64,000 nucleotides of DNA from Vulcanimicrobiota bacterium. Lineage in GTDB: Bacteria; Vulcanimicrobiota; Vulcanimicrobiia; Vulcanimicrobiales; Vulcanimicrobiaceae. The position numbers and the translations under genes are program-made. The DNA lies in assembly GCA_030041225.1 (NCBI GenBank), contig JASHOG010000040.1:16243-80242 (forward strand), written 5' to 3'. The notes under the pieces were generated by a model. That model was not told where the DNA came from. It did no database searches and saw only the letters and a list, made by a program, of their open reading frames with translations. How positions within the stretch are numbered: the stretch's first letter is position 1; every line of letters begins with the position of its first letter. Below are positions 24,645 to 33,664 of this stretch, piece after piece.

Positions 24645-24877
24645 CGCGTTGAGCGTTCCGGCATGCGCACGTCAATCAATTTGGCCACCGATTCAGGCCG
24701 TGGGATACGGTGGCCGTCTTCCACGATGCCTTCGACGTGCAATTCAAGCCCTTCACGAATTAGCTGTTCAGCTTTCGCAAGAGTCTCAGCCGTGGCAACG
24801 CAGCCTGGCATATCAGGAACGTACGCGCTATACCCGTTCTCTGCTTTTTCAAAAACCACGAGGTACTTAGATGTCAT
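24641..24877 (-). CDS. HicB-like (UPF0150) antitoxin-fold protein, no HicA partner seen
   Basis: 78-aa ORF: MTSKYLVVFEKAENGYSAYVPDMPGCVATAETLAKAEQLIREGLELHVEGIVEDGHRIP. Strong SD (AAGGAGGG). Its stop overlaps the crotonase start by 4 nt. Confidence 0.7.
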   Translation of the reverse strand: MTSKYLVVFEKAENGYSAYVPDMPGCVATAETLAKAEQLIREGLELHVEGIVEDGHRIPRPESVAKLIDVRMPERSTR

Positions 24878-25057
24878 GCTTACCCTCCTTGTCCCAACCC
24901 GCTTGTCGCCGTATCGAACGCCACGTACCGATTCTCGAAGTGTCTCCGTCGGCTCCCGCTATTGTAACACGCCCCGGCTCGCGGTTTTTCGGCGGCACAT
25001 AGCTCTTCTGCTACGAGCAGAGGCAATAGCTAGGGTCGATGCTGAAGCTCCAAGGCT

Positions 25058-25483
25058 GTGGCCGGCTACTCGAAGCGCGCACTGGCCGAGAAGCTCGGCA
25101 TCAAGTCCGGGATGCGCTGCCTCATACGCAATGCACCGAAGCACTTCCGTGGATTGCTCAGGCCGCTACCCGACGACGTCGCGTTCGTGACGCGCGCTGC
25201 CGGAAGGTTCGACTTCATCCACCTCTTCGCGACTCAGCGCGCTGCCTTACAGCGTGAGCTGCCGCGGTTACGTGGCGCGCTCGCGCCGGACGGCATGCTT
25301 TGGATTTCCTGGCCGAAAGGCGGGCGCAAGGCGAGCCCGCCGACGGATCTTACCGGCACCATCGTACGCGATGCGGGACTTGACGCAGGCCTCGTCGACG
25401 TGAAGGTTGCGGCCATCGACGAACGGTGGTCCGGGCTGAAGTTCGTCTATCGCCTCTCAGACCGCCCCCGTATATACCGATAA
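25058..25483 (+). CDS. DUF3052 domain protein
   Basis: 141-aa ORF with a GTG start. The N-terminus MAGYSKRALAEKLGIKSGMRCLIRNAPKHF is typical of DUF3052. Confidence 0.7.
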   Translation: MAGYSKRALAEKLGIKSGMRCLIRNAPKHFRGLLRPLPDDVAFVTRAAGRFDFIHLFATQRAALQRELPRLRGALAPDGMLWISWPKGGRKASPPTDLTGTIVRDAGLDAGLVDVKVAAIDERWSGLKFVYRLSDRPRIYR

Positions 25484-25484
25484 G

Positions 25485-25560
25485 TGGTGGGCGATGCAGG
25501 GCTCGAACCTGCGACTTCCTCCGTGTAAGGGAGGCGCTCTCCCAGCTGAGCTAATCGCCC
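25485..25560 (-). tRNA. tRNA-Val (anticodon TAC), CCA encoded
   Basis: The reverse complement GGGCGAT-TA-GCTC-AGCTGGGA-GAGC-G-CCTCC-CTTACAC-GGAGG-AAGTC-GCAGG-TTCGAGC-CCTGC-ATCGCCC-A-CCA folds into a perfect 76-nt cloverleaf with a 7-nt anticodon loop C-T-TAC-A-C. Confidence 0.95.
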
Positions 25561-25633
25561 CCGCGTGCGCAACATCTTTGCGGTTGCTCGACGCTTAGCC
25601 TTCGCTCACGCACCGCATTGCCCGATACGCCGG

Positions 25634-26971
25634 CTAGCGCGTTACGGCGATCTTCTTCTCGAGATACGTAATGGCGGCGCGGAGCTGCGCATCTTCGTCG
25701 GGCTCGCCGAGGCGCGCGTCGCGGTTCTCGTCGACGGCGAGATCCGGATCGAGACCGCGCAGGTTGATGTCGCGGTTGTGCGGAGTCAGGTAGTGCGCGG
25801 TCGTGATCTTGATCGCCGCTCCGTCCGCAAGCTCGGTAAGGGTCTGCATAACGCCCTTCCCGAACGTTTTCGTGCCGATGAGCGTCGCCGCGCCGTCATC
25901 TTGCAGCGCGCCTGCAGTGATCTCCGACGCGGATGCCGTGAAGCCGTTGACGAGAACCGTCATGGGAAGACTCGCCTGCCACTCGCCGTCGTCGGCGGGA
26001 ATCGTCGTGTCGCGATTGTCGCGCTCCTCGATCGTCAGGATTGACTGATCGCCGACGAAATGCGAGCTGATGTCGAGTGCGGAGTCGACGTAGCCGCCGG
26101 TGTCGTTGCGAAGATCGAGCACGAGCGCCTGTACGCCCTGCTCGTGCAGCCGCTCCATCGCGACGTCGAACTCGTCGGGAGTCGTCCTGCCGAAATCGAG
26201 CACCCATATGTACCCGATCTTCCCGGGGAACATCTTGAAGACGACCGTGGGCGGCTGAACCTCCGAGCGCGTCACCGAAACAAAGCGCGGCGTCGCCGTC
26301 GCACTGGCCGCAACCTCGACGGTGACGACCGACCCCGCCTTGCCGCGAAGGAGCCCGCTGACCGCGTCGATGCTCATCCCTTTCGTCGAGGTTCCCTCAA
26401 CCGCGATGAGCAGATCGCCTTGCGTAAGGCCGGCGCGCTCCGCAGGCGTGTTCGGAAGCACGTACGCGAACCGGATGTACTGCGATACCGGGTCCTGCTC
26501 GACGAGAACGCCGATGCCCGAGATGCGCCCGGGGTCGAGCGACTCGTTGAAGTCGCGGTACTCTTCGGGAGTCATGAACTCGGTGTAACGGTCGTCGAAC
26601 GCACTTGCCATTCCGATGATCGCGGCGTACGCATACTCGGTCGCGTCGCCGCGCGCCGCAGCGGCGGCACTCACGACCGCAGCGTCGAGAGCGTCAAGTG
26701 CCCGAGCATCGTCGCCGGTATCGCGGATCGCCGGCACCGCAATGGTGACGTCGTGCTTGCGCGCGTACTCAACGAGCGCCGCCCTTGCGGCATCAAAGAG
26801 CTGCTGCGGATCGATCTGCTCGTACGCGGTCGACTCGAGAAGATGGAAGCTCTGCGCAATATCCTCCGCGGTCTTCGCTGGGAGTGCCGTTTGCGCACCG
26901 GCGGGATTGAGCACGAGCGCGAAGAGTAGGAGGAAAAAGCTGCCGAGAAGGCGCGGGGAACGCTCGGACAT
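25634..26971 (-). CDS. ctpA: S41 family carboxyl-terminal processing peptidase (Ctp/Prc type)
   Basis: Track ORF 25634-27202; start at M78 gives the signal peptide MSERSPRLLGSFFLLLFALVLNPAGAQ. Contains a PDZ domain (PAERAGLTQGDLLIAVEG) and the catalytic motifs LVNGFTASASEI and TFGKG. Confidence 0.85.
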   Translation of the reverse strand: MSERSPRLLGSFFLLLFALVLNPAGAQTALPAKTAEDIAQSFHLLESTAYEQIDPQQLFDAARAALVEYARKHDVTIAVPAIRDTGDDARALDALDAAVVSAAAAARGDATEYAYAAIIGMASAFDDRYTEFMTPEEYRDFNESLDPGRISGIGVLVEQDPVSQYIRFAYVLPNTPAERAGLTQGDLLIAVEGTSTKGMSIDAVSGLLRGKAGSVVTVEVAASATATPRFVSVTRSEVQPPTVVFKMFPGKIGYIWVLDFGRTTPDEFDVAMERLHEQGVQALVLDLRNDTGGYVDSALDISSHFVGDQSILTIEERDNRDTTIPADDGEWQASLPMTVLVNGFTASASEITAGALQDDGAATLIGTKTFGKGVMQTLTELADGAAIKITTAHYLTPHNRDINLRGLDPDLAVDENRDARLGEPDEDAQLRAAITYLEKKIAVTR

Positions 26972-26994
26972 GGTTCTGTGGGTATTGGTGTTGC

Positions 26995-27948
26995 TCACGC
27001 GCCGGCCCTGCGAAGACGGTCCATGATCGCCAGGCCGAGACCGTGCTCCGGAACCGGCTCGGCGTCGATCCGCTCGAGGCCGAGAGCGTCCAGCTCGTGG
27101 AGTGACTCGAAGAGATGCGCGGCCGCCTCGCGCACGTCCGAGCTCGTCGAGAGCACGCGCGCGGCTGCGTATCCCTGCGGGGCAATCGAGAAGGCAAGAC
27201 ACCCCGCTCCGGCGCGCCGTTCTAGCGGTACGCGCTCGAGGTCCGCGATTCGCAGCGGCGTTCTCGGCGCGTAGTGCTGCGCCAGGCGCCCCGGAGCGAG
27301 CGGCGCCGCTGCATCTTCCTTCACCTCGCGCTGCACGGGTCCGATCACCGCTTCTATCTCCTCTACGGGAAGTGCCCCGGGGCGAAGCAATGCGGCCGTG
27401 GGCTCGAGCCGCAGGATCGTGGACTCCACGCCGAGCTGCGTCGGGCCGTCGTCGAGGATGAGCTCGACCTCCGCGCCGAGCATGTGCTCGACATGCTGCG
27501 CGCGCGTGGCGCTCAAGCCGCCGAAGCGGTTTGCGCTCGGCGCTGCAATCGGTGCTCCGGTTTCGCGCAAGAGCGCACGCGCGACGGGATGCGAAGGCAT
27601 GCGTACGGCAACCGTCGGCAGCCCCGCCGTTACGATCAACGGCACGTCCGGCTGCCGCTCGAAGACGAGCGTCAGCGGGCCGGGCCAGAATCGCTCGATG
27701 AGCGCGCGAGCGCGTGCGGAAACGGCACGTGCAACCTGCGCGAGCATCGCGTCGTCACCGACGTGAACGATCAGGGGATCGAACTGCGGACGATGTTTGA
27801 TCTCGAAGATGCGCGCAACCGCGCCGGCATCGAGCGCGACGGCACCCAACCCATAGACCGTCTCCGTCGGAAAGGCGACGACGCCTCCGCGCTTCAAGAT
27901 GTGCGCGGCATCAGCAACCGCAGCCGGATGTGCGCGAACGATCGCCAT
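26995..27948 (-). CDS. tsaC: L-threonylcarbamoyladenylate synthase (Sua5/YwlC/TsaC family, with Sua5 C-terminal domain)
   Basis: 317-aa ORF. Contains ILKRGGVVAFPTETVYGLGA and SANRFG blocks plus a C-terminal extension of about 110 aa. Confidence 0.85.
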   Translation of the reverse strand: MAIVRAHPAAVADAAHILKRGGVVAFPTETVYGLGAVALDAGAVARIFEIKHRPQFDPLIVHVGDDAMLAQVARAVSARARALIERFWPGPLTLVFERQPDVPLIVTAGLPTVAVRMPSHPVARALLRETGAPIAAPSANRFGGLSATRAQHVEHMLGAEVELILDDGPTQLGVESTILRLEPTAALLRPGALPVEEIEAVIGPVQREVKEDAAAPLAPGRLAQHYAPRTPLRIADLERVPLERRAGAGCLAFSIAPQGYAAARVLSTSSDVREAAAHLFESLHELDALGLERIDAEPVPEHGLGLAIMDRLRRAGA

Positions 27949-27955
27949 GCTCGCT

Positions 27956-28459
27956 CTATTCCGGCGTGGGCGAAAGCGCCGCCTCTTCGACGCGTATTCG
28001 CCACGCCAGCGCGGCGGCGTTCAACGCCGTGAAGAGCGCCGCAATCCAATAGGCTCCGAATGCCGCCGGAAGAACGGCAATCTCGAGTGCGACGATGGCG
28101 TAGTTGGGATGACGCAAGAACCGGTACGGCCCCCCGTTCACCAGCGGCGCCCGCGGCAGCACGATGATCCGCGTCGTCCACCGCGTACGCAGCGTGCATA
28201 TGACCCACAATCGCAACGGCTGAAGGAGCACGTAGAGGCCGAGCAGATACCAGTTGACCGGCGCAGCCGGAGAGATACCCACAAACATCGTCAGGAACCA
28301 GGCGACATGAACGGCGATGAAGAGTGGGTAGTGTGCCGCACCCACCTCGTAGGCGCCGCGAGCGCGCAGCGCACGCGTATTGTGCGCCGCATAGAGCAAC
28401 TCCGCGAGGCGCTGTGCTGCGACCAATGCGAACACGAGGTCCGGGACGGGAACCCTCAT
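27956..28459 (-). CDS. isoprenylcysteine carboxyl methyltransferase (ICMT) family membrane methyltransferase (BpsB/SrsB-like)
   Basis: Track ORF 27956-28837; the real start is at M127 (MRVPVPDLVFALVAAQRL...), an ATGA overlap with the PKS stop. Contains the motif GPYRFLRHPNY and 4-5 TM segments. Confidence 0.8.
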   Translation of the reverse strand: MRVPVPDLVFALVAAQRLAELLYAAHNTRALRARGAYEVGAAHYPLFIAVHVAWFLTMFVGISPAAPVNWYLLGLYVLLQPLRLWVICTLRTRWTTRIIVLPRAPLVNGGPYRFLRHPNYAIVALEIAVLPAAFGAYWIAALFTALNAAALAWRIRVEEAALSPTPE

Positions 28460-29511
28460 CGTTCCAACGTGACGAATCCGGCGCTGAAACCCGGCCCCAT
28501 CGCGCTGACGAGCGCGCGCGACCACGTGCCGTCGCTCAACGCGCCGCCGGAGAGTGCGCGCGCGAGCACGAACATCACCGTTGCCGCCGACATGTTGCCG
28601 TACTCGCGAAGGGTCGCGCGCGCGTCTTCGAGGCTTCCCGGAGAAAGCTCGAAGACGTGCTCCAGGGCATCGAGCACTTTTACGCCACCCGGGTGCGGAA
28701 TGAACCGATCGAGATCGTGTAGCGTCAGGCCGCTCTCGGAGAGATACGCATCGAGGACGCTGCGAAAGCGTTGCTCGACGATCGCGGGAATGTCTTTGGA
28801 GAAGACGGCGCGCAGACCATCCGCGGCGACGTCCCAACCCATGACGTCGAGCGTCCGCTCGAAGAGGTGCTCGCCCGAGGCAACGACAGCAGGGCCGGGC
28901 CGGTCATCGCAGGCGAGCAACGCCGCTGCCGCGCCGTCGCCGAAGAGTGCGGTCGCGACGATGTTGCTCTTGCTGACATCGTCGCGCCGAAAGGATAGCG
29001 CGCAGAGCTCGACGACGAGGAACAGCACGAGCGCGCCCTTCATCTCCGCGGCGATGCTCGCCGCACGCGCAAGCCCGAGCGCTCCTCCCGCGCATCCGAG
29101 GCCGAAGATTGGAAGGCGCCGGACTGTGCGTTTGAAGCCCATCCGTTCGACGAGGAGCGCGTCGAGGCTCGGCGTCGCAATGCCGGTCGTGGAGACGACC
29201 ACGATTGCGTCCACATCCTCGACGCGTGCGCCGGCGAGCGTCAGCGCTTCTTGCGTTCCCTGCCCGAGCAGCTGCAGGGCGGCCTCGAGATAGACGGCGT
29301 TACGATCGCGCCAGTCGTGTTGCTCGTAGTACCACTCGATGGGAACGCACGAGTAGCGGCGCTCGATGCCGCTGTTCTGAAAAACCGGCAGGAGGTGCTG
29401 CACGACCGCCTCGTTGCTGAACATCGCACGAACGCGACGCTCGATGTCGTGCTGCTCCAGCACGTACGGCGGGACGACTTTGGCAATCGCTGCCAGACGC
29501 GGAGCCGTCAC
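28456..29511 (-). CDS. type III polyketide synthase (chalcone-synthase superfamily)
   Basis: 351-aa ORF with the Cys-His-Asn triad contexts PIFGLGCAGGA, FIPHPGGVKVL and EYGNMSAATV. Confidence 0.9.
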   Translation of the reverse strand: MTAPRLAAIAKVVPPYVLEQHDIERRVRAMFSNEAVVQHLLPVFQNSGIERRYSCVPIEWYYEQHDWRDRNAVYLEAALQLLGQGTQEALTLAGARVEDVDAIVVVSTTGIATPSLDALLVERMGFKRTVRRLPIFGLGCAGGALGLARAASIAAEMKGALVLFLVVELCALSFRRDDVSKSNIVATALFGDGAAAALLACDDRPGPAVVASGEHLFERTLDVMGWDVAADGLRAVFSKDIPAIVEQRFRSVLDAYLSESGLTLHDLDRFIPHPGGVKVLDALEHVFELSPGSLEDARATLREYGNMSAATVMFVLARALSGGALSDGTWSRALVSAMGPGFSAGFVTLER

Positions 29512-29586
29512 GAGTCTTGCCTGGGAACCGGAATTGTGGGATAGTATGAACGGCCAACGCTATTCCAATTCGAAGGGGAGTGAACC

Positions 29587-29889
29587 ATAGCCCGACCCAA
29601 CACCCGACGCAGAGACGCCGAACCGCGCCCGCCCAAGCCGCAATCGCAGGATACAAAAGAGGCGCCGCTCGAGGTCTTCGGGACCATCAAGCAGGTCTTC
29701 CCAAGCACGACGTTCGCCGTCGAGCTGGATAACGGGCACACGATCCTCGCGCACATCGCCGGGCGATTGCGCCGCCATCGTATCAAGATACTTCCCGGCG
29801 ATCGCGTCGATGTCGAGATATCGCCCTACGATCTGACGAAAGGACGCATCGTCTATCGTTACCGCGCCGGGGAGCCGCGACGAACGTAG
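29587..29889 (+). CDS. infA: translation initiation factor IF-1 homolog; start codon unresolved (no ATG/GTG/TTG in frame)
   Basis: Absent from the ORF track. The frame is open from 29584 to TAG 29887-29889. Residues [70 protein letters not shown] are collinear with bacterial IF-1. The 5' boundary is given as ATA 29587 (SD GAAGGGGAG at 29572-29580) and is tentative. Confidence 0.7.
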   Translation: MARPNTRRRDAEPRPPKPQSQDTKEAPLEVFGTIKQVFPSTTFAVELDNGHTILAHIAGRLRRHRIKILPGDRVDVEISPYDLTKGRIVYRYRAGEPRRT

Positions 29890-29912
29890 GCTCTTCAGCC
29901 GCGAAAGGCTTT

Positions 29913-30458
29913 GTGCTCGGCATCATCGTGACCATTCTGGTCGCGGTCATTGTTGCCTATGCGGGCGTCGAGCTGGGTTTCGTTCCGGCCAACGCCGACG
30001 TGCGCCCGGGGTTTCTGGAACGCTGGTTGGCACGGACGTCGTTGCAAGCCACACTCGCGCGCCAGTCGCGCGGCTTGACGGACCCGCTGCCCGATAACAC
30101 GCAGACGTTGCTCGCCGGCATCAAAATCTACGGCGAGAACTGCGCCTTCTGCCACGGCGACGCAAGCGGGCGCCCGACGGTTGCCGGATTCGGTTTCTAC
30201 CAGCATGCGCCCACACTCGGGCGGCACGGCGTCGAAGACGATCCCGAAGGGGAAACCTACTGGAAGGTCACGCACGGCATTCGGCTTACCGCCATGCCGT
30301 CGTTCGGGCGGACGCTCTCCGATACTGAGCGCTGGCAGGTGACCGCCTTCTTGAAGCACATGGATGCGCTTCCGCCCGTCGCGCAGCGCGCATGGAAGCA
30401 GCTCAGCGTTCGATCCGTTCCCGCGTCGCTGCTCCTTAAGCGACCGCCTCTTCGTTAA
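29913..30458 (+). CDS. membrane-anchored c-type cytochrome (single haem)
   Basis: 181-aa ORF with a GTG start. Has an N-terminal TM (LGIIVTILVAVIVAYAGV), the haem motif CAFCH and a distal Met context (IRLTAMPSF). Confidence 0.75.
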   Translation: MLGIIVTILVAVIVAYAGVELGFVPANADVRPGFLERWLARTSLQATLARQSRGLTDPLPDNTQTLLAGIKIYGENCAFCHGDASGRPTVAGFGFYQHAPTLGRHGVEDDPEGETYWKVTHGIRLTAMPSFGRTLSDTERWQVTAFLKHMDALPPVAQRAWKQLSVRSVPASLLLKRPPLR

Positions 30459-30533
30459 TCACGCGGCGCGTGGGTATATAGGCCCACATGTGGATTCTCC
30501 TAGCCATCCTCGTCGGCATACTCATCGCGAAAG

Positions 30534-32159
30534 TTATCCTCTAGACGCCGACATCGTTACAACGTGCTCGGTCAAAGCATCGAGCGTCATGCTGCCCTGG
30601 CCTATGACCCACGCGTGAAACTCCTTGAGGTCGAACGCGTCGCCCAGGGCTCTCTCACATCGCTCACGCAACGCGAGGATCGTCGTTTCGCCGGTTTTAT
30701 AGGCAAGGGCCTGAGCGGGAATGTCCGCTGAATAGCGCAGCGACTCGCTGGCGAGCTGATCCTCGCTGAGCGTGAGATGATCGCGCATGAAACCCATCGC
30801 ACGCTCTCTGCTCCACCCGAACGCATTCATTCCGGTATCGACGACGAGTCGTACCGAGACCATCATGTCCTGCATGAACCGTCCCGCACGGTCGAATGGA
30901 TCGTCGTAGGCACCAAGCTCAAAACCGAGCTGGGCGGCGTACTCGGCCCATCCTTCGACGAAGCCGGCCTCCGCGAAGCCGTAACGGCGCACGCTCGGGA
31001 GCGCGGTGTTCTCTTGCTGGAGGCAAATCTGAAAATGATGGCCGGGGATGAGCTCGTGCAAGATGAGCGAGGCCGTGCTCAGCGTCGTCGTCTTCTCGGG
31101 ATTCCACGCATTATAAAGGTACGTGCCCTTCGGCTTCTCCGGTGTCGGCGGCTCGTAGTAGCCGAACGTCTGCGAACCGGCGAGCTCCTTCGGCAACGGC
31201 GCGACGCCGTACGGTGCTTTCGGCATCCGTGAAAAGAAGCGCAAAACGTTCGCGGCCGCACATTCGACGTGACGCTCCAACCGTTCTCCGTACGCCGTGT
31301 GCGTCTCGGCGAAGAAGCGCCGGTCCGTCGCGAGAAAGCGCCGAAAGGCGGCGGCGTCACCGTCGAAACGTACTTCACGGCGAACCTCATCCAACGCGCC
31401 CTCGAGCTTTTCGACTTCGTGCAGACCTCGCTCGTGAAGCTCGTGTGGGCCAACGTCGAGCGTGGTCCTCTGCTTCACGAGATGCGCGTAGTACTCTTCA
31501 CCCCCGGGGTACTGCGCCAAGCCGACGCCCTCCGGAGCCCCCGTTCGATACTCGCCGTCGACGAATGCAATCAACTCGGCGAACGCGCCGCGAACCTCTC
31601 GGGTGATGACGTCGTGACCCGCCGCGCCGGCCTGCTCGCGCTCGAGGCTCGCCGCTCCGGCAGCGTAGCCGTGCAGCGTCGCGGAAACCGCTTCGATCTC
31701 GGCGCGCGGTAAGATGATCCCGCGTGCGTGCTGTCCCCGCAGAAAGACGAGCAACGAGCGCACGAGCCGCGCGTAGTCACGCAGCAACTTCACGTAGCGC
31801 ACCGTGTCCGCCGGCGTCTCGAACCGAAATCCTTTGAAGAGCTGGGGCAGGAAGAGCAACGGGCAGGAATAGGGCGTGATGTGTGATTGGAGCCAAAAGT
31901 ACGTGTGCGCGGCAATCTCGCCCCGCGCGTAGAACTCGAGCGCGCGGTACGTGAGGCGCTCGTCCGAATCGAGCGTCTCGAACGGAATGCCGTTCAGCTC
32001 TTCGAGGACGGCGCGGCAGAAACGAGCGCCGGCATCCGCGTTCTCCTCCGACACCGCTCTAATCTCTTCGACGGGAAAGCCTGCCTGCATACACAGGTAC
32101 CATTCCGTCTCCGTTTGATGGCGCCGGTAGCGCTCCGCAGCCGCGGCGATCGCGCTCAT
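30534..32159 (-). CDS. DUF885 family protein (putative metallopeptidase-like)
   Basis: 541-aa ORF with the characteristic ILHELIPGHHFQ block and W-x-E-Y motifs of DUF885. Confidence 0.8.
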   Translation of the reverse strand: MSAIAAAAERYRRHQTETEWYLCMQAGFPVEEIRAVSEENADAGARFCRAVLEELNGIPFETLDSDERLTYRALEFYARGEIAAHTYFWLQSHITPYSCPLLFLPQLFKGFRFETPADTVRYVKLLRDYARLVRSLLVFLRGQHARGIILPRAEIEAVSATLHGYAAGAASLEREQAGAAGHDVITREVRGAFAELIAFVDGEYRTGAPEGVGLAQYPGGEEYYAHLVKQRTTLDVGPHELHERGLHEVEKLEGALDEVRREVRFDGDAAAFRRFLATDRRFFAETHTAYGERLERHVECAAANVLRFFSRMPKAPYGVAPLPKELAGSQTFGYYEPPTPEKPKGTYLYNAWNPEKTTTLSTASLILHELIPGHHFQICLQQENTALPSVRRYGFAEAGFVEGWAEYAAQLGFELGAYDDPFDRAGRFMQDMMVSVRLVVDTGMNAFGWSRERAMGFMRDHLTLSEDQLASESLRYSADIPAQALAYKTGETTILALRERCERALGDAFDLKEFHAWVIGQGSMTLDALTEHVVTMSASRG

Positions 32160-33661
32160 GAGTGATGCACGCTGATGGTTCCGGAATCGATCAGCGCGAG
32201 AAGCTCGCGGCGCGAGACGACGCCGGCGGCGGCGTAGAGCTCGCTGATTCGATACTTCACCGTTCGCGGCGAAACGCCGAGCCGGTCGGCGATCGCGACG
32301 TTCGTCGCGCCGCCGGCAATCATTCGAAGAATCTCCTGGCGCTGCCGTCTGATCTCGTATCCGCGGCGCGGCCGCCCCGTGCGAGCGCGAGCGCGCCGTA
32401 GGCGAGCCGTTTCCTCGAATGCGCCCATTGCTATGTAACGCCGTCGAGCATCACCGATTCGCCCAGCCATTTCGGCGCACCGCGCGGCCGTCATCATCCA
32501 TTTGCACTCCTCGAATGCACCCTGCGCCTCGCCCGCCATCCGCTCGGCATTCGCCCGTTCTCCCCTGCGAGCGGAGGCCAACGCATCGAAGAGCAGGCGA
32601 TATGCCGCTGCCACGGGATGCTGCCGTGGGAACATCGCGATGAGCTTCATCGCCTTCGCAATGTCGCGCGCGTCACCGCGCAGCGCAGCGGCTTGGAGCA
32701 GCTGCCAGCCGCAGTCGGGTGACGGCAGCCTCATCACGCCGCGATGTAGTATCTGGGCCGCCGCCTCTTTGTTCCCAAAGGCGTGATAGTATGCGTGGTA
32801 CGCGGCGGCGACGGGGCCGATCGAGTATGCATCGGCCGACGCGAACGCATACGCCGGAACGCGCTCGTCGAACGCGCGCCTCTGCAGTGTCTCGTCTCCG
32901 GTGGCCAGCCCGATCAAGAGGCCGACAGCCGAACGGAAGACGTACATCCAGCGCTGCTGCGCATCGTACGTCAACGCTTCTTCTATCAGCGCGCTCGCCT
33001 GCGATAACCGTCCCAACAAGAACATGAGAAATGCCGCGCGCGAGAGCGTGAGCGCAACCTCCCATGTCAGGTTCAGGCGCCGAGCGACCGCGAGCGCCTC
33101 GAAGAGGCTCTCGAGCGAGCTTTCGGGTTGTCCGGAGGCGTGAAGCACCCATCCGAGATAGACGAGCTTGATCCAGAGCGAGTAACGATCGGGTCTCTTG
33201 CGCGCGATCTCGACGCCGAGCTTGACGTGATGCACGGCGACGTCGGTCTCGCCGAGCGCCGCAAGCACGTCACCCTTTACCGTGAGGTATGCCGAGAACG
33301 CATCGATGTCGGCGATTCGGCTGACGTTCTCCGCCTCGTCGAGCAAGAGTTGCGCGCCGCGTGCGTCACCCAGCTGCAGCGTACGCGTCGCTCGGCGGAT
33401 GTAGATGCAGAATGCCTCGCGTGAGGATTGCGGAAGCCCTGTCTCGAGCAAGCTCTTCGCATACTCGCGCATGCGCTTCCCGTCGAGCTCGATCCACGCG
33501 AGCCAGCAGAGCCGGTCGAGCGCGTCGGCCGCCGCTTCCAGATTTCCCTCGGCGGTCGCGCGTTGTGCCGCGCGTTCGAGTTCACAGACGGCCTCGTCGC
33601 TGCGGCCGGCGATCGTCAGCGCCTTTCCGCGCATGAGCAGCGCGCCGGCCGGAGGACTCAA
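32156..33661 (-). CDS. LuxR family transcriptional regulator with long TPR-like N-terminal region
   Basis: 501-aa ORF with a C-terminal LuxR HTH (RQRQEILRMIAGGATNVAIADRLGVSPRTVKYRISELYAAAGV). 4-nt overlaps with both neighbours. Confidence 0.8.
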   Translation of the reverse strand: MSPPAGALLMRGKALTIAGRSDEAVCELERAAQRATAEGNLEAAADALDRLCWLAWIELDGKRMREYAKSLLETGLPQSSREAFCIYIRRATRTLQLGDARGAQLLLDEAENVSRIADIDAFSAYLTVKGDVLAALGETDVAVHHVKLGVEIARKRPDRYSLWIKLVYLGWVLHASGQPESSLESLFEALAVARRLNLTWEVALTLSRAAFLMFLLGRLSQASALIEEALTYDAQQRWMYVFRSAVGLLIGLATGDETLQRRAFDERVPAYAFASADAYSIGPVAAAYHAYYHAFGNKEAAAQILHRGVMRLPSPDCGWQLLQAAALRGDARDIAKAMKLIAMFPRQHPVAAAYRLLFDALASARRGERANAERMAGEAQGAFEECKWMMTAARCAEMAGRIGDARRRYIAMGAFEETARLRRARARTGRPRRGYEIRRQRQEILRMIAGGATNVAIADRLGVSPRTVKYRISELYAAAGVVSRRELLALIDSGTISVHHS

Positions 33662-33664
33662 TGC

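Noticed and set aside
24878-25057. Search for a HicA toxin gene next to hicB
   Set aside because: All minus-strand frames of the 180-nt upstream spacer were translated by eye. The 61-aa ORF 24959-25144 and the others show no HicA-like K-x-x-E-x-I-K...GSH motifs.
25561-25633. Possible terminator for ctpA in the spacer before tRNA-Val
   Set aside because: Only a weak 5-bp GCAAC/GTTGC hairpin is present, with no U-tract. This is not enough to call a terminator.
30488-30544. 18-codon hydrophobic mini-ORF (MWILLAILVGILIAKVIL) just after the cytochrome c gene
   Set aside because: It is tempting as a small membrane subunit, but there is no convincing SD. It overlaps the 3' end of the convergent DUF885 gene, and such short hydrophobic ORFs arise by chance. 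It would need ribosome profiling to revive.
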